The notes beneath the pieces are model-generated. The model was not told the DNA's origin. It did no database searches and saw only the letters and a program-made list of their open reading frames with translations. The position numbers were made by a program, and so were the translations under genes. Below, in pieces: positions 10,344-21,900 of a stretch of DNA of 64,000 bases. Position 1 is the first letter of the stretch, and each line of letters opens with the position of its first letter. This DNA comes from an uncultured delta proteobacterium (GTDB lineage Bacteria; Desulfobacterota; Binatia; UBA9968): NCBI GenBank assembly GCA_963745835.1, contig CAVUZH010000019.1:192001-256000 (forward strand), read 5' to 3'.

Positions 10344-11969
10344 TTAATCGCCGGTGCCGAACCCATTGCGACCGAGAAGCGTATAGAAGATTCCAACCGT
10401 TCCTCTATCCTGAATCCTGTTGCCTACATCGCGGAAATCGAAGTCACGCCGGGACAATTGATATCTTATAGAGACCGCATGCTGGCGATGAATGCGCCAT
10501 GTGAGCGAGGCGTCTGTGCGTATGACATTGTCGTGACGGACGCCGCTCCCGGATAAGTCAGCGACAAAAAATTCGCGAGCGGTCAGGTCGATCGACGCGC
10601 GTTCGCCGAGAATCAACCGCAACGATAGAAGTGCCTGGGGCGCGATGCCGTATTGATTCGCCCGCTCGTCGGAGATTCCGCCGATGGTGCTGACGGTGGC
10701 GTAACCGACCCCCAACAGACCGGTTCCCTGCACCGCCAGAGAATCGGTAATCCGCCACTGGCCAGTGGTACCGAGGGAGAGCGCTGTGCTCGCCAGCCGA
10801 AAAATTTGCGGCGCCATGTAATTATAACCGCCGTACAGACCCCATATGCCGCGATAAGAGTTGCCAAGATCATAACCCTTTCCCAGCAAAAGCCCATGAG
10901 TCGAAAGGCTCTCAAAGCCGATCGCGGTCGATGCCGCTGCCTGAAAACTAAAATAGTCAAACGGACGGTTGTATGTATAGCCCGGCTTGCCAGGCAAGCC
11001 ATAGTCGAGCGCCACATCAACGATGCCTTCGTGGCGGTCGATTTCTCCCGACCCTCCGCTGCGGTCTTGCGTCGCCGAGACGACTCCGAGGTGCATCCGG
11101 CTGTAGTATTCCGGGTCTTTGCTCGGGAATATACCATCGAATCGTTGACCGAAGACGAGCCGATTAAAGCCCACAGGCGGAGAGATGGCGGCCGCGACGA
11201 CCTCGCGCCAGAAAGGCGATCCTATCTCCCGCTCGAGCCATAGGTTGGAGATGCGGAACAACGCCTCACCAAGGAAACTGCCGCCGATTCCGGTGCTGAT
11301 CTGGTCGTTTTTCGAGGGCCGCGTAGTTTCCCCAGCTATCTCCCAGAATATGCTCCCCACGAAGGTGTAGGCCAGACCTTGCCAATAATTCAAACCGGAG
11401 GCGCGGGCGAAGCCGTGGTAGATCGATCCTTGGTAGGGGTGCCCGAGCTGGTTGACCGTGAACTCGTCAGTGTCCTCGTCCCAGCTGCGGTGCAAATTGC
11501 GTTTGATAGACGAGAGATCGACGTCGTAATCGCAGCAGCCAAAGTAGGCGCGATTGAACAGATTAAGCAAAACATCGAAGCCGACGATCTCCAGCGCCGG
11601 GATTAGATAGCTTTTTTCCGTTCCCCATTGCGGCACTGGCGTGGTGAGATTGACGTTCGCCGCGGGCGAAGGCGCGTTGACGGTTTGAACCAGTAAAGAT
11701 TTGCTGCCGCCCAGGAGAGGCGCGCCCGAGAGTTTGAGCTCCGGAGAAAGAGTGAAGGGTGCTCGGTCCAAGCTAACTTTCGGTGCAGAACGTTGTGACA
11801 GAGTGAATCTGATCGGAGAATTGAGACTGCCAAATTCCTGAGGGAAAGCTGTGCAGGGCAACATGATCAAAAGGAGAACGACGGTAAATGATAATCTGCC
11901 GCGCTGTTTTGCCGACCTTGCGTGGCGCGCGCTTTGCCCGTTTGCATCGGCTGTATTTATCTGTGCCAT
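10344..11969 (-). CDS. DUF3943-like exported/outer-membrane protein
   Basis: NQLGHPYQGSIYHGFARASGLNYW...WEIAGETTRPSKND motif; beta-rich C-terminal half. Confidence 0.75.
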   Translation of the reverse strand: MAQINTADANGQSARHARSAKQRGRLSFTVVLLLIMLPCTAFPQEFGSLNSPIRFTLSQRSAPKVSLDRAPFTLSPELKLSGAPLLGGSKSLLVQTVNAPSPAANVNLTTPVPQWGTEKSYLIPALEIVGFDVLLNLFNRAYFGCCDYDVDLSSIKRNLHRSWDEDTDEFTVNQLGHPYQGSIYHGFARASGLNYWQGLAYTFVGSIFWEIAGETTRPSKNDQISTGIGGSFLGEALFRISNLWLEREIGSPFWREVVAAAISPPVGFNRLVFGQRFDGIFPSKDPEYYSRMHLGVVSATQDRSGGSGEIDRHEGIVDVALDYGLPGKPGYTYNRPFDYFSFQAAASTAIGFESLSTHGLLLGKGYDLGNSYRGIWGLYGGYNYMAPQIFRLASTALSLGTTGQWRITDSLAVQGTGLLGVGYATVSTIGGISDERANQYGIAPQALLSLRLILGERASIDLTAREFFVADLSGSGVRHDNVIRTDASLTWRIHRQHAVSIRYQLSRRDFDFRDVGNRIQDRGTVGIFYTLLGRNGFGTGD

Positions 11970-12559
11970 CAGGCTCGATCTTTAGGTTTCTGTAAAAGGG
12001 TCCTTGCGGTTGAAGCGCGATCAGAAACTCGCTGTCCTGGTACATCACTCGTTCAAGTTTATTGACCGAGCAAATAACCGAGCCTCGAAATCCTAGACCA
12101 GCTTCGATGGTTATCTGAATACAGGTTATTTCTCCAACAAAATACGATCGTGCAACTCCGCACTGCGCGCTTTCGTGCGGCTGTCACGCTATGCACGCTT
12201 ACTCGACCCTAAATAGATCTAAGGTGGTGTGCCGGTAGAAGTCTAGTATGTACGCAGCGGCGATAGACTCTCATTGCAGTAGTGATCTCAAACGATACGC
12301 AGTCACGGCAATTTCAAATGGAAGCACAATCGCACAAACGCGCTGGACTAGAGAGAGTTCCTATTCTCCAGTGCCGAATAGAATCGCAGCATGCCTCGTC
12401 GAGCTCATCGCTTTAACGCCAGATTTCGAGCTAACAAATGGCGTTGTATCTCGGTATAGGCGACTGCAGGCCGGAACAGGGTACTGGCGGAGAAGGACTG
12501 ATGTATAGAGAAATAGCGCGCTACGCGCCGGTTTCAGACGCCCTCTATCGCTGAACTAG

Positions 12560-13226
12560 GCCAAGCGTCGGATCCGATCGCCGGCATTGCACTTAGTCTC
12601 AGGTCGGGAGCCAGCCGAGACCACCGTTGGACCCACAAACGTAAAGCCTCCTGTAGCCTCTCACCTCCCTGATGCTCGGGAACTCGGAAGTATTCTCGTT
12701 CTGAGCGATCGCGAGCTTCTTCGCTGGCCTTGGAACGAGCATCGAAACACTTTGAGGTCGGACGCGAAGGACCTGCGAGCAGCCGCCTCGGCAGGGTCTG
12801 GCTGTTTGTCATTGCGATTACACTGCGCAACTTTCCTGAAGGGATGACGTCGGTGTCGGCTTTGCCGGCGAGGATGTCGCCAATCGTCTGGCGCTCGGGT
12901 TAGGCATCGGCGCGCAGAACATTCCGGGAGAACTGGCGGTGGCAGTCTCTCTGCTCGCGGGCGGCTACCGCAAGTGGCGCGCCTTCTGGATTGGCAGTCT
13001 GACCGGCCTCGTCGAACCTGTGGGCGGAATTATCGGCGCTGCGGCCATATGGCTCGCCGAACCTGCCATCTCGATCATCCCCGGCATTGCCGCCGGTGCG
13101 ATGCTCTTCATCATCAGCAATGAAGTAATCCCGGAGACTCATCGCGCGGCAGACAAACATCTCGCGACGTTCTCGTTGCTCACTGGCGTTGCGCTGATGC
13201 TCCTGCTGAGTGTTTTGCTCAAGTAA
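12560..13226 (+). pseudogene. ZIP (GufA/ZupT) metal transporter, degraded/frameshifted
   Basis: Pieces in different frames: RVWLFVIAITLRNFPEG / VGVGFAG...GIGAQNIPGELAVA...TGLVEPVGG...AAGAMLFIISNEVIPETH. The 5' boundary is approximate. Confidence 0.8.
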
Positions 13227-13826
13227 TATTGCGGTGGCAACTAAAAGACTTGGTCCTTAATCTGGTCAGCGAGTTGCTGTAGCTATTCTAGCGAATAGCG
13301 TTGCGAGCCTCGTGCGTGACGGGCGTCCATGAATGTCACTAAAACGCCCGTCGTCTCGCTCGCATCGTATCCTCACAGGAATTGCGAAAGTACAAACACA
13401 AGTATGAACCCGCTTGCTAATGCAAGCGCCGATGATTGTTGGCAATCGCGATCTTCGGCGTCAGGCAGCAGGTCACTGATCGTCAGGTATAAGATTCCGC
13501 CGGATTGCAGCCGTTTAGTTTGAAAAATTTAAAAGCACAATCACATTTGTCGCGCCCCAGCGACAGCAATTTGCCGACATGATCCAGTAGCGGAACAGAA
13601 ACTGCGCAGGATCTTGCGCACATTGGAAAAAGTTCCATCCGTGATCCGGACGTAAAGTATTCTTAACTCAACGATTCATGCATGAACGGCTGCGATCTTG
13701 CTTGGGGCTGGAAGCTGAGTCACCGCCGTGTTCTACTGGCTTAGCGAACGAATCTGCGCTCGTAGTGAGCCCACCCGGCGATTGGAGGAAGGAGCGCGCT
13801 AAAATCGCGCACATATTTAACGGACC

Positions 13827-14918
13827 ATGGAATCTCCACATTCAACAAACTTGCCCGGGCTCGAAGACAAAGTCTTTATATTGCTGGTTATTGCGGTATC
13901 GCTGGCATTCGCATGGATCCTCGGGCCGTATTACGGGTCGGTTTTCTGGGCCGCCGTCCTGGCGATTGTGTTCGCGCCGGCATATCGGCGGCTGTTGAGA
14001 TCGATGCGGCAAAAACGCACACTTGCTGCGCTAACCGCAGTGCTGATCATCCTCATGATGGTGATCCTACCGTTAACTCTGATCGGTGCGATGTTGGTGC
14101 AGGAAGGGTTCAGCGTCTACGAGAGGATCCAGTCGGGAGAACTGAATCCTGCGCAGTACTTTCAGCAGGTCTTTGGCGCACTGCCTCGATGGCTGATCGA
14201 TCTGCTGGACCGTTTTGGACTGACCAACCTCGGATTGATGCAAGAGCGACTGTCTAGCGGCCTGATGAAGGGCAGCCAATTCCTTGCCGCCCAAGCTCTT
14301 AGCATTGGCCAGAACACGTTCCAGTTCATCGTCAACCTCTTTATCATGCTGTACCTGCTGTTTTTCTTTCTGCGTGACGGTGACTACCTGTCCAGGCGAA
14401 TAAGAAATGCAATTCCGCTGCGCCGAGAGCAACAGCACGATCTCTTCACCAAGTTCACCACCGTTATCCGCGCCACGGTTAAAGGCAACGTCGTCGTGGC
14501 CCTGGTGCAAGGAGCACTCGGCGGCCTGATCTTTTGGTTTTTGGGTGTCCACGCTCCGGTCTTATGGGCGGTGTTGATGGCGTTTTTATCCTTGCTGCCC
14601 GCGGTAGGCGCCGGCCTGGTGTGGTTGCCGGTTGCGATTTATTTTCTGGTCACCGGTGCGGTGTGGCAGGGCGTGGTATTAATCGTCTTCGGCGTGCTCG
14701 TCATCGGCTTGGTAGACAACGTCCTGCGTCCCGTTCTGGTGGGTAAGGACACCAAGATGCCGGACTATGTTGTGCTGATTGCCACGTTGGGCGGCATGGC
14801 CATCTTCGGGCTCAACGGTTTTGTCATCGGACCGGTGATCGCGGCGATGTTCATGGCAGTGTGGGACCTTTTTTCGACATCGCGCTCGCAGATCCAGATT
14901 GAGCCGCCCAGTCCCTGA
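13827..14918 (+). CDS. AI-2E family transporter
   Basis: LFFFLRDG, VDNVLRPVLVG and GLNGFVIGPVI motifs. Confidence 0.92.
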   Translation: MESPHSTNLPGLEDKVFILLVIAVSLAFAWILGPYYGSVFWAAVLAIVFAPAYRRLLRSMRQKRTLAALTAVLIILMMVILPLTLIGAMLVQEGFSVYERIQSGELNPAQYFQQVFGALPRWLIDLLDRFGLTNLGLMQERLSSGLMKGSQFLAAQALSIGQNTFQFIVNLFIMLYLLFFFLRDGDYLSRRIRNAIPLRREQQHDLFTKFTTVIRATVKGNVVVALVQGALGGLIFWFLGVHAPVLWAVLMAFLSLLPAVGAGLVWLPVAIYFLVTGAVWQGVVLIVFGVLVIGLVDNVLRPVLVGKDTKMPDYVVLIATLGGMAIFGLNGFVIGPVIAAMFMAVWDLFSTSRSQIQIEPPSP

Positions 14919-15129
14919 AATTAAATAAAGTGCCGGTTAGGTTGATGGTCATGCCTAGAGAAACTCAGTAGTAATTTACGCTAAAGGTTTGTTTCTCTTC
15001 TGCCCTCATCAACCGGACTTGCTCTGAGTGCAGATTTACGGCACCTATAAACATGGAGCCACCGGCAGTGGGATTGGAAACTGATTAGCAATACTTAATT
15101 TGGATTTGTTTTGGAGAAAGGAAGTTTGT

Positions 15130-15378
15130 ATGCATTTAAGGAGATTTGCCCGATCGAGCGTTTGTCTTTTGATGTTGTTATTTGCAGCCGGCTGCACGAC
15201 GTATTATCGCGTCACCGATCAATCAACCCGCCGAGCTTACTATACAACCGATATCGATAGAACTGATAGCGGCGCGGTGCGGTTTTACGATGAGAAGGGC
15301 CGCGCAAGCGTCACGTTACAATCTTCCGAGATCGTCGAGATCTCTAAAGACGATTTCAACTCAGGCATCAGAGAGTAA
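15130..15378 (+). CDS. Small lipoprotein (YgdI/YgdR-like)
   Basis: Lipobox FAAG-C followed by TTYYRVTD; AAGGA RBS. Confidence 0.75.
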   Translation: MHLRRFARSSVCLLMLLFAAGCTTYYRVTDQSTRRAYYTTDIDRTDSGAVRFYDEKGRASVTLQSSEIVEISKDDFNSGIRE

Positions 15379-15545
15379 GCTTCAACCTTCGCAAAGTATC
15401 GGCAGGGATCTGCCGAAAATGCGATCGCCATGAGCGGCTAAAACAGCAGAGCCAAGTTGGCGCCATTTCGTGCGCGTCCAACTCACCATGCGTAATCTTA
15501 GTCTATGATATACCGCGATAGACCGCGCTCGCGTCAGCCTTCGCC

Positions 15546-16862
15546 TTATCCGTTACGCATACCGCCGGAAACTTTAGTTACCTCTCGCGCTCGATCGATC
15601 TGAAATTCCGCCCGCTGATACTCGGTAATGAGCGGACTCGCTCCTGCTCGCGTGAGATAAGCCCATATCCATTGCCCCATGACGGTAACGCGGCTGCGGA
15701 AACCGATGAGAAGAAAAACGTGAACCAGCGACCAGAGGAGCCATGCGATCACTCCGGAAAATCTCTTATCGCCGAATTCCGCCACCGCCCGGTGATGTCC
15801 GATGGTCGCCATCGTTCCCCGGTCTTCGTACTTGAACGGCAGACGTTTCTCGCCGCGAAGATCGCGCAAAATATTCTGCGCCGCTGCTTTGCCTTGTTGG
15901 ATTGCGGCCGCGGCGAGACCCGGCACCGGCGTGCCGTTCACATCGGTGAGCGCTGACATGTCGCCGATCAAAAAAACTTCGCCGTGTCCCGGGAGACTCA
16001 AGTCCGCCTCGATAGGCACACGGCCGGCGCGGTCGACTTTTGCGCCCAGCTCTTTACCCAGTGGCGAAGCGGCGACTCCGGTGGCCCAGAGAGTAACGTC
16101 GCTGGTGACCCATTCCTCGCCGACTTTGATCCGTCCCGGCTCCACCGCCGTGACCATGCTTTGGGTGAACACTTCGACTCCCAGTTCCTGCAGTTGCCGT
16201 TGGGCGCTCCGGGACGACTCTTCCGAAAACGTTCCCAGGACGCGCGGGGAACCTTCATAGAGCCGGACACGCGCTTTCCTGGTATCGATGGCTTTGAAAT
16301 CTTTAGCCAGCACCAGTCGCGCCAGGTCGGCGATAGCTCCGGCCAATTCTACACCTGTCGGACCGCCGCCGATGACGACAAAGGTCGGCGCTTCTTGTTT
16401 TCCAGATAACAGCGCGGCGCGCTCTGCCTTCTCAAATGCGAGCAGCAACCGCCGGCGAATCTCGACGGCGTCTTCAAGCGTTTTTAGACCCGGCGCCTCT
16501 TCGGCCCATTCGTCGTGACCAAAGTAGGCGTGACGCGCGCCGGCCGCGACGATCAGATAATCGTAAGCGAATTCCCCACCGCCGGTTAGCCTTACCCGCC
16601 GCGCATTGGTTTCGAATCCGGCAACCTCGCCGAGAATGGTTCGCACGTTGCGCGATTTGTGCAGGATATGACGTAGAGGCGAGGCGATCTCGGCCGGTGA
16701 GAGCACTGCCAGCGCCACTTGATAAAGTAGCGGCTGAAACGTGTGATGATTCTTGCGGTCGATCAGAATGACTTCGAGCGCTTCGTTGGACAATGTTTTC
16801 GCTGCATAGAGACCGCCGAAGCCGCCGCCGACAATGACTACTCGTTTAAGTGTTTCTTTCAT
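15546..16862 (-). CDS. ndh: Type II NADH dehydrogenase (NDH-2)
   Basis: VVIVGGGFGG, FQPLLYQVA, VVIGGGPTGVELAG and GTMATIG motifs. Confidence 0.92.
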   Translation of the reverse strand: MKETLKRVVIVGGGFGGLYAAKTLSNEALEVILIDRKNHHTFQPLLYQVALAVLSPAEIASPLRHILHKSRNVRTILGEVAGFETNARRVRLTGGGEFAYDYLIVAAGARHAYFGHDEWAEEAPGLKTLEDAVEIRRRLLLAFEKAERAALLSGKQEAPTFVVIGGGPTGVELAGAIADLARLVLAKDFKAIDTRKARVRLYEGSPRVLGTFSEESSRSAQRQLQELGVEVFTQSMVTAVEPGRIKVGEEWVTSDVTLWATGVAASPLGKELGAKVDRAGRVPIEADLSLPGHGEVFLIGDMSALTDVNGTPVPGLAAAAIQQGKAAAQNILRDLRGEKRLPFKYEDRGTMATIGHHRAVAEFGDKRFSGVIAWLLWSLVHVFLLIGFRSRVTVMGQWIWAYLTRAGASPLITEYQRAEFQIDRAREVTKVSGGMRNG

Positions 16863-17041
16863 GGAGTATTTCCCGTATCCATCGTTAAGACTAATTGACC
16901 CGGCTATTTGACCGCCTTAATGTGGAGTATGTCTCCAGTCGCGAAAAGCCCTGAAGTCACGAAGAAAGCAGAGACAATTTTCAGGCTATAACTATAAGCC
17001 GCTCAATCAAGTACGCCTCATGCGAATTGTCCACCACGTCG

Positions 17042-18619
17042 ATGAAACTAACCGTCAAGCAGTGCGCGCGTAGCGGCCTCGGGCTCTACATTTTATTTTT
17101 TTGCCTGAGCGCGGGGCCAGCAGGCGGATGCAGCACTTTGCCCTCGCTCGTCAATCGCGCGGATTCGACGGCGATTTTCAACACCGGAGATACCAAACTC
17201 GGCAGAACAATTTCGCCGCTGGTCGAATCTCATCCGGGAAAGTCCGGCATATATCCGCTGCCGGGTGCTCGCGATGCGTTTGCCGCGCGAGCGCTATTGG
17301 CTCAGGCGGCGGAACGGACTCTCGATCTTCAGTATTATATCTGGCACGGCGACATGTCCGGGACCTTGCTATTCAACGCCGTCCGCGATGCCGCCGATCG
17401 CGGCGTCCGAGTTCGCCTTTTGTTGGATGATCACGGCACGTCCGGAATCGACACGACTCTCACCGCGCTCGATTCTCACCCGAACATCGAAGTTCGGCTG
17501 TTCAATCCGTTTTTGATTCGTAAACCGCGCTCGATTAATTACCTTTTCGACTTCTTCCGGTTGAACCGGCGCATGCACAACAAGTCGTTTACCGCCGACA
17601 ATCAGGCCACGATCATCGGCGGCCGCAACATTGGCGATGAGTACTTCGGCGCCACCGACGGACTGCTCTACGTCGATCTCGACGTCATGGCTGTGGGTCC
17701 GGTGGTCAGTGAAATGTCAAAGGACTTTGACCGTTACTGGGCCAGCGAATCGTCATACCCCGTCGCTGGATTATTGCCGGCCGTCAATCCGGCTAAGATT
17801 GCAGAGCTGGCGTCGGCTGCGTCGCTGATTAAAGACGATCCCGCAGCCATTGCTTACATCGACGCCGTGCGAAATTCTTCTTTCGTCCGTGAATTGGTAG
17901 AGCGTAGATTGCCCCTGCAATGGGCGGCAACCCGCATGATCAGCGATGACCCTGCCAAGGGACTTGGTTTGGCTCCGCCTGAAGATCTGTTGATCCAGAA
18001 GCTCGAACAAACGCTTGGCGAGCCCAAGATTCAAGTGGATCTTGTCGCGCCGTATTTTGTGCCCGGCGCTGAGGGTGCTGATGCGTTCGTCGATTTGGCC
18101 AAACAGGGCATCAAACTCAGGATTTTGAGCAACTCGTGGGAGGCCACTGATGCGGTTGCACCGGTTCATGCATTCTATGCAAAGAGGCGCAAGCGGCTGC
18201 TCGAGGCCGGCATCAAGCTTTATGAGCTGCGGCGTTTGGCGCCGGTGGTCGAAGCGAGAAGAAACAGTGATCTCAAAAGCGGCAGCTCCAGCTCGAGCTT
18301 GCACGCAAAAACGTTTTCGGTGGATCGCGCGCGAGTTTTCATCGGCTCATTCCATTTCGATCCACGCTCGGTGGAGCTGAACACCGAATTAGGATTTGTG
18401 ATCGACAGCCCGGCATTGGCGCAGGAAATCGAAAACGCGTTCGATAGCAGGATTTCCGCCAATACTTACGAAGTACGGCTGTCGGATGACGGGCAGCTTT
18501 ATTGGATCGAGCAACGGCAAGGAGAAGTCGTGCGCTACGATACTGAGCCTGGCACTAACTTTTGGCAGCGTGCCGGCCTGCGCTTCGTGTCGGTGTTACC
18601 AATCGAGTGGCTGTTGTGA
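17042..18619 (+). CDS. Phospholipase D family protein (ClsC/YmdC-like)
   Basis: Two HKD motifs (RMHNKSFTAD..GGRNIG; LHAKTFSVD), DLQYYIW, C-terminal LPIEWLL. Confidence 0.9.
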   Translation: MKLTVKQCARSGLGLYILFFCLSAGPAGGCSTLPSLVNRADSTAIFNTGDTKLGRTISPLVESHPGKSGIYPLPGARDAFAARALLAQAAERTLDLQYYIWHGDMSGTLLFNAVRDAADRGVRVRLLLDDHGTSGIDTTLTALDSHPNIEVRLFNPFLIRKPRSINYLFDFFRLNRRMHNKSFTADNQATIIGGRNIGDEYFGATDGLLYVDLDVMAVGPVVSEMSKDFDRYWASESSYPVAGLLPAVNPAKIAELASAASLIKDDPAAIAYIDAVRNSSFVRELVERRLPLQWAATRMISDDPAKGLGLAPPEDLLIQKLEQTLGEPKIQVDLVAPYFVPGAEGADAFVDLAKQGIKLRILSNSWEATDAVAPVHAFYAKRRKRLLEAGIKLYELRRLAPVVEARRNSDLKSGSSSSSLHAKTFSVDRARVFIGSFHFDPRSVELNTELGFVIDSPALAQEIENAFDSRISANTYEVRLSDDGQLYWIEQRQGEVVRYDTEPGTNFWQRAGLRFVSVLPIEWLL

Positions 18620-18839
18620 CCGTCGGGTAAGGCCGGAGACAATCAGAAATCATTATCGGCAAATGGTTAAACGCCGAACCACCGCGACGATCCAGAATCA
18701 TGATCAAGGTTAGGACATCGGAGCGACACAGAGGATTGCGCAGTTCGGATCTCGAGCCCGACACCGAGATTCCCTGCGGCATTTCCCAACCAGCCACATC
18801 TACCTGTACTTTCGTCGACCAGCAGTTGGGAGAGGGCTA

Positions 18840-21143
18840 ATGTTATTCGCTGTATTGTCGGGCTTCGCGGCGGCGATCGTCGCGCCATGGGTTTATCGGA
18901 TTAACGGCCGCGTCGCAGGATGGTTGTTCGCCGCGGTGCCTTTTGCATTGGCCATATACTTTGTCGCTTCAATCACCGCTACAGCTTCCGGTACCGTTTT
19001 TAGTCTTTCACATGACTGGGCGCCAAGTTTAGGGATCAAGCTTTCTTTTCTTCTCGACGGGCTAAGCCTGCTTTTCGCGATCCTGATTAGCGGTGTCGGC
19101 GTGTTGGTGGTCATTTACAGTGGTGTCTACTTGGCCGGGCATCCTCATCTAGGTCGATTTTACGCCTACATCCTGATGTTCATGGGATCGATGCTCGGTC
19201 TCGTTCTGGCGGATAACCTGATCACGCTCTTTGTCTTTTGGGAGCTCACCAGCCTCAGTTCATATCTGCTCATCGGCTTCGATCACGAGCGGGAAACGGC
19301 GCGCGCCGCGGCGTTACAGGCGCTGCTGGTGACAGGCGGCGGCGGCTTGGCGCTGCTCGCCGGGTTTCTGCTGGTTGGCCACATCGCCGGCACCATGGAG
19401 CTTTCATCATTGTTGCGAAGCGGTGACGTGATCCGTTCTCATCCGCTGTACGCATGGGTAGTGCTACTCGTGTTGGCCGGGGCGTTTACGAAATCGGCAC
19501 AGGTGCCATTTCATTTCTGGCTTCCCAACGCCATGGTCGCTCCCACTCCGGTGAGCGCCTATCTTCACTCGGCAACGATGGTGAAGGCCGGAGTCTATCT
19601 GCTCGCGCGCTTAACGCCGATTCTTGGCGGCACAGAAACTTGGATGATGGCGCTGACGACGGCCGGCGCGACGACCATGATCCTGGGCGCATTTCTCGCG
19701 CTCAGGCAAACCGATCTGAAATTGATCCTCGCCTACCTGACCGTCAGCGCGCTCGGGATTCTGGTTCTTTTTATCGGGCTGGGAACGTCCGAATCGATCA
19801 TTGCGGCTGTCGTTTTCCTGCTCGGGCACGCCCTCTATAAGGGCGCTTTGTTTCTGGTCGTCGGCATCGTCGATCACGAGACCGGCACGAGAGATGCGCG
19901 GGAGTTAAGTGGTTTGCGCTCCGCGATGCCGCTCACCGCAACCATAGCAGCATTGGCGGCGTTGTCACTGGCCGCGTTGCCTCCCGCTTTCGGATTTATC
20001 GGCAAGGAGTCCTTGCTGGAAGCCTCGCTCAGCGCGGAAGCAGGAGCAGGGCTACTCACCCTGGCGCTCTTGCTCGCGAGCATCGTCTTTGTCGCTGCCG
20101 CGGGAATCACCGCCATCCGGCCATTTTTCGGTAAGAAGACCGAAACGTCGAAGCGCGCCCACGAAGCTCCTCCGCGTCTGTGGCTGCCGCCCATGCTGCT
20201 GGCCTGTTTAGGGATTCTCTTCGGCATCATACCGTCGTTAGTGGAAGGTCCGCTCTTGCGCTCGGCGGTTCAGGCGGTTGTGGGGAAATCCGTAAATTTT
20301 GATCTTGCGCTCTGGCACGGCTTCAACCTGCCGCTTGCGCTCAGCGCTGTTTCGGTGGCATGCGGCGCAGCACTCTATGCCGCGCGGCGGCACGCGCGTG
20401 ACGCTGCCGCGCGTCTGCAAATCACTTTCGCTTGGGGCCCGCAGCACTGGTACGACCACCTGCTGGCCGGCATGAATCATGTGGCGCGACGCCAAACGCA
20501 GCTCCTGCAAAACGGTTATCTGCGCTTTTATCTGTTGATCATCGTTGCCGCCACTGTCGCGCTAGCGGTTGCCAAACTATTCAGCGCCGTCGGTACCATC
20601 GATGTTACGAGGAAGCTCGAGGTGCGCTTTTACGAGTGGATCGTCGCCGGTTTGATTCCGATGGGCGCTCTGACGGCGATCATGTCGCGTTCCAGGTTGG
20701 GCGCAGTCGCCGCGCTTGGCGTCGTCGGTTACAGCGTTGGCTTCATTTTTGTTCTTTTCAGCGCCCCCGACCTCGCGATGACACAGTTCATGGTCGAGAC
20801 GCTCACGGTGATTCTGTTCGTTTTGGTGTTTTACCACTTGCCGCGCTTCACCGCCTTCTCCACGCGTATGGAGCTGGGTCGCGACGCCGTGACGGCTTTG
20901 GCTTTCGGCGCACTCATCACGATCATCGTGTCGACCGGCGCGGGGATCCAGCTCTACCCCAAAATCTCCGGCTATTTCATCGAGAATAGCCTGCCGCTTG
21001 CCCACGGCCTAAATGTCGTGAACGCCATTCTGGTCGATTTCCGCGGGTTTGACACATTCGGAGAGATCACGGTCCTGGCGGTCGCAGCCGTCGGAGTTTA
21101 TGCGCTACTCAAGCAGAGGCCGCGCAAGAAGAACAGATCATGA
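18840..21143 (+). CDS. mrpA: Mrp/Mnh Na+/H+ antiporter subunit A
   Basis: [48 protein letters not shown] and [10 protein letters not shown] motifs. Confidence 0.95.
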   Translation: MLFAVLSGFAAAIVAPWVYRINGRVAGWLFAAVPFALAIYFVASITATASGTVFSLSHDWAPSLGIKLSFLLDGLSLLFAILISGVGVLVVIYSGVYLAGHPHLGRFYAYILMFMGSMLGLVLADNLITLFVFWELTSLSSYLLIGFDHERETARAAALQALLVTGGGGLALLAGFLLVGHIAGTMELSSLLRSGDVIRSHPLYAWVVLLVLAGAFTKSAQVPFHFWLPNAMVAPTPVSAYLHSATMVKAGVYLLARLTPILGGTETWMMALTTAGATTMILGAFLALRQTDLKLILAYLTVSALGILVLFIGLGTSESIIAAVVFLLGHALYKGALFLVVGIVDHETGTRDARELSGLRSAMPLTATIAALAALSLAALPPAFGFIGKESLLEASLSAEAGAGLLTLALLLASIVFVAAAGITAIRPFFGKKTETSKRAHEAPPRLWLPPMLLACLGILFGIIPSLVEGPLLRSAVQAVVGKSVNFDLALWHGFNLPLALSAVSVACGAALYAARRHARDAAARLQITFAWGPQHWYDHLLAGMNHVARRQTQLLQNGYLRFYLLIIVAATVALAVAKLFSAVGTIDVTRKLEVRFYEWIVAGLIPMGALTAIMSRSRLGAVAALGVVGYSVGFIFVLFSAPDLAMTQFMVETLTVILFVLVFYHLPRFTAFSTRMELGRDAVTALAFGALITIIVSTGAGIQLYPKISGYFIENSLPLAHGLNVVNAILVDFRGFDTFGEITVLAVAAVGVYALLKQRPRKKNRS

Positions 21144-21553
21144 CATCGCTGATCCTTTCCACTGCGGCCCGTTATCTGTTGCCGCTGCTCTTGCTCTTTT
21201 CATTCTTCATCCTGATACGTGGCCACAACGAGCCGGGTGGCGGGTTTATCGGCGGCCTCGTCGCTGCCGCAGCCTTCGCACTAAATGCCATCGCGTTCGA
21301 TGCCCGCAGCACCCGGCGCACATTGCGCATCGATCCCCGGATGTTGATCCCAGCAGGACTCTCGATCGCGCTGGTGAGTGGGATCATCCCCCTTTTTTCT
21401 GGAGACAGCTTCATGACCGGCAAATGGTTCAGCATTTTTGTTCCCGGGCTCGAACAACTAGATATCGGTACGCCGCTGCTTTTCGACTGCGGCGTGTATT
21501 TGTTGGTGCTCGGGGTGGCACTGACGATGATTCTCACTCTGACGGAGGAATAG
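21140..21553 (+). CDS. mrpB: Mrp antiporter subunit B
   Basis: [14 protein letters not shown] and LLFD.GVYL motifs; ATGA overlap with mrpA. Confidence 0.95.
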   Translation: MTSLILSTAARYLLPLLLLFSFFILIRGHNEPGGGFIGGLVAAAAFALNAIAFDARSTRRTLRIDPRMLIPAGLSIALVSGIIPLFSGDSFMTGKWFSIFVPGLEQLDIGTPLLFDCGVYLLVLGVALTMILTLTEE

Positions 21554-21555
21554 CG

Positions 21556-21900
21556 ATGGAGATCGTACTGGCGTTCGTCATCGGCGGGCTTTACGCTGCC
21601 GGGTTGTTCATGATGCTCCGTCCCAGCGCGGTGAAGCTTATTATCGGCATCAGCCTGCTCGGGCATGCCGCCAATCTGCTGATCTTTACCATCGCCGGAT
21701 TGACCCGGGGGAAGCCGCCGCTCATTACCGGGGGTCTCACCACCGCGGCAGCCGTTGCCGATCCGATGCCGCAAGCCTTGATCTTGACCGCCATCGTCAT
21801 CGGCTTTGCCGTTCAAGCCTTCGCAGTGGTGCTGATCCAACGGGTGATTCAAATCGTTGGCACCGACGATCTGGATCAGATGAAGGCGACAGACTCGTGA
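21556..21900 (+). CDS. mrpC: Mrp antiporter subunit C
   Basis: [10 protein letters not shown]...[17 protein letters not shown]; true start is ATG 21556 inside a longer ORF-track ORF. Confidence 0.95.
   Translation: MEIVLAFVIGGLYAAGLFMMLRPSAVKLIIGISLLGHAANLLIFTIAGLTRGKPPLITGGLTTAAAVADPMPQALILTAIVIGFAVQAFAVVLIQRVIQIVGTDDLDQMKATDS

Noticed and set aside
12050-12550. Long intergenic stretch with short ORFs
   Set aside because: No RBS-supported ORF, repeat or RNA motif recognised.
18620-18839. Possible Na+/Li+ riboswitch upstream of mrpA (TCCCAAC/GTTGGGA pairing near the RBS)
   Set aside because: Only one 7-bp helix, and I could not match a known consensus by eye; an Rfam scan is needed.
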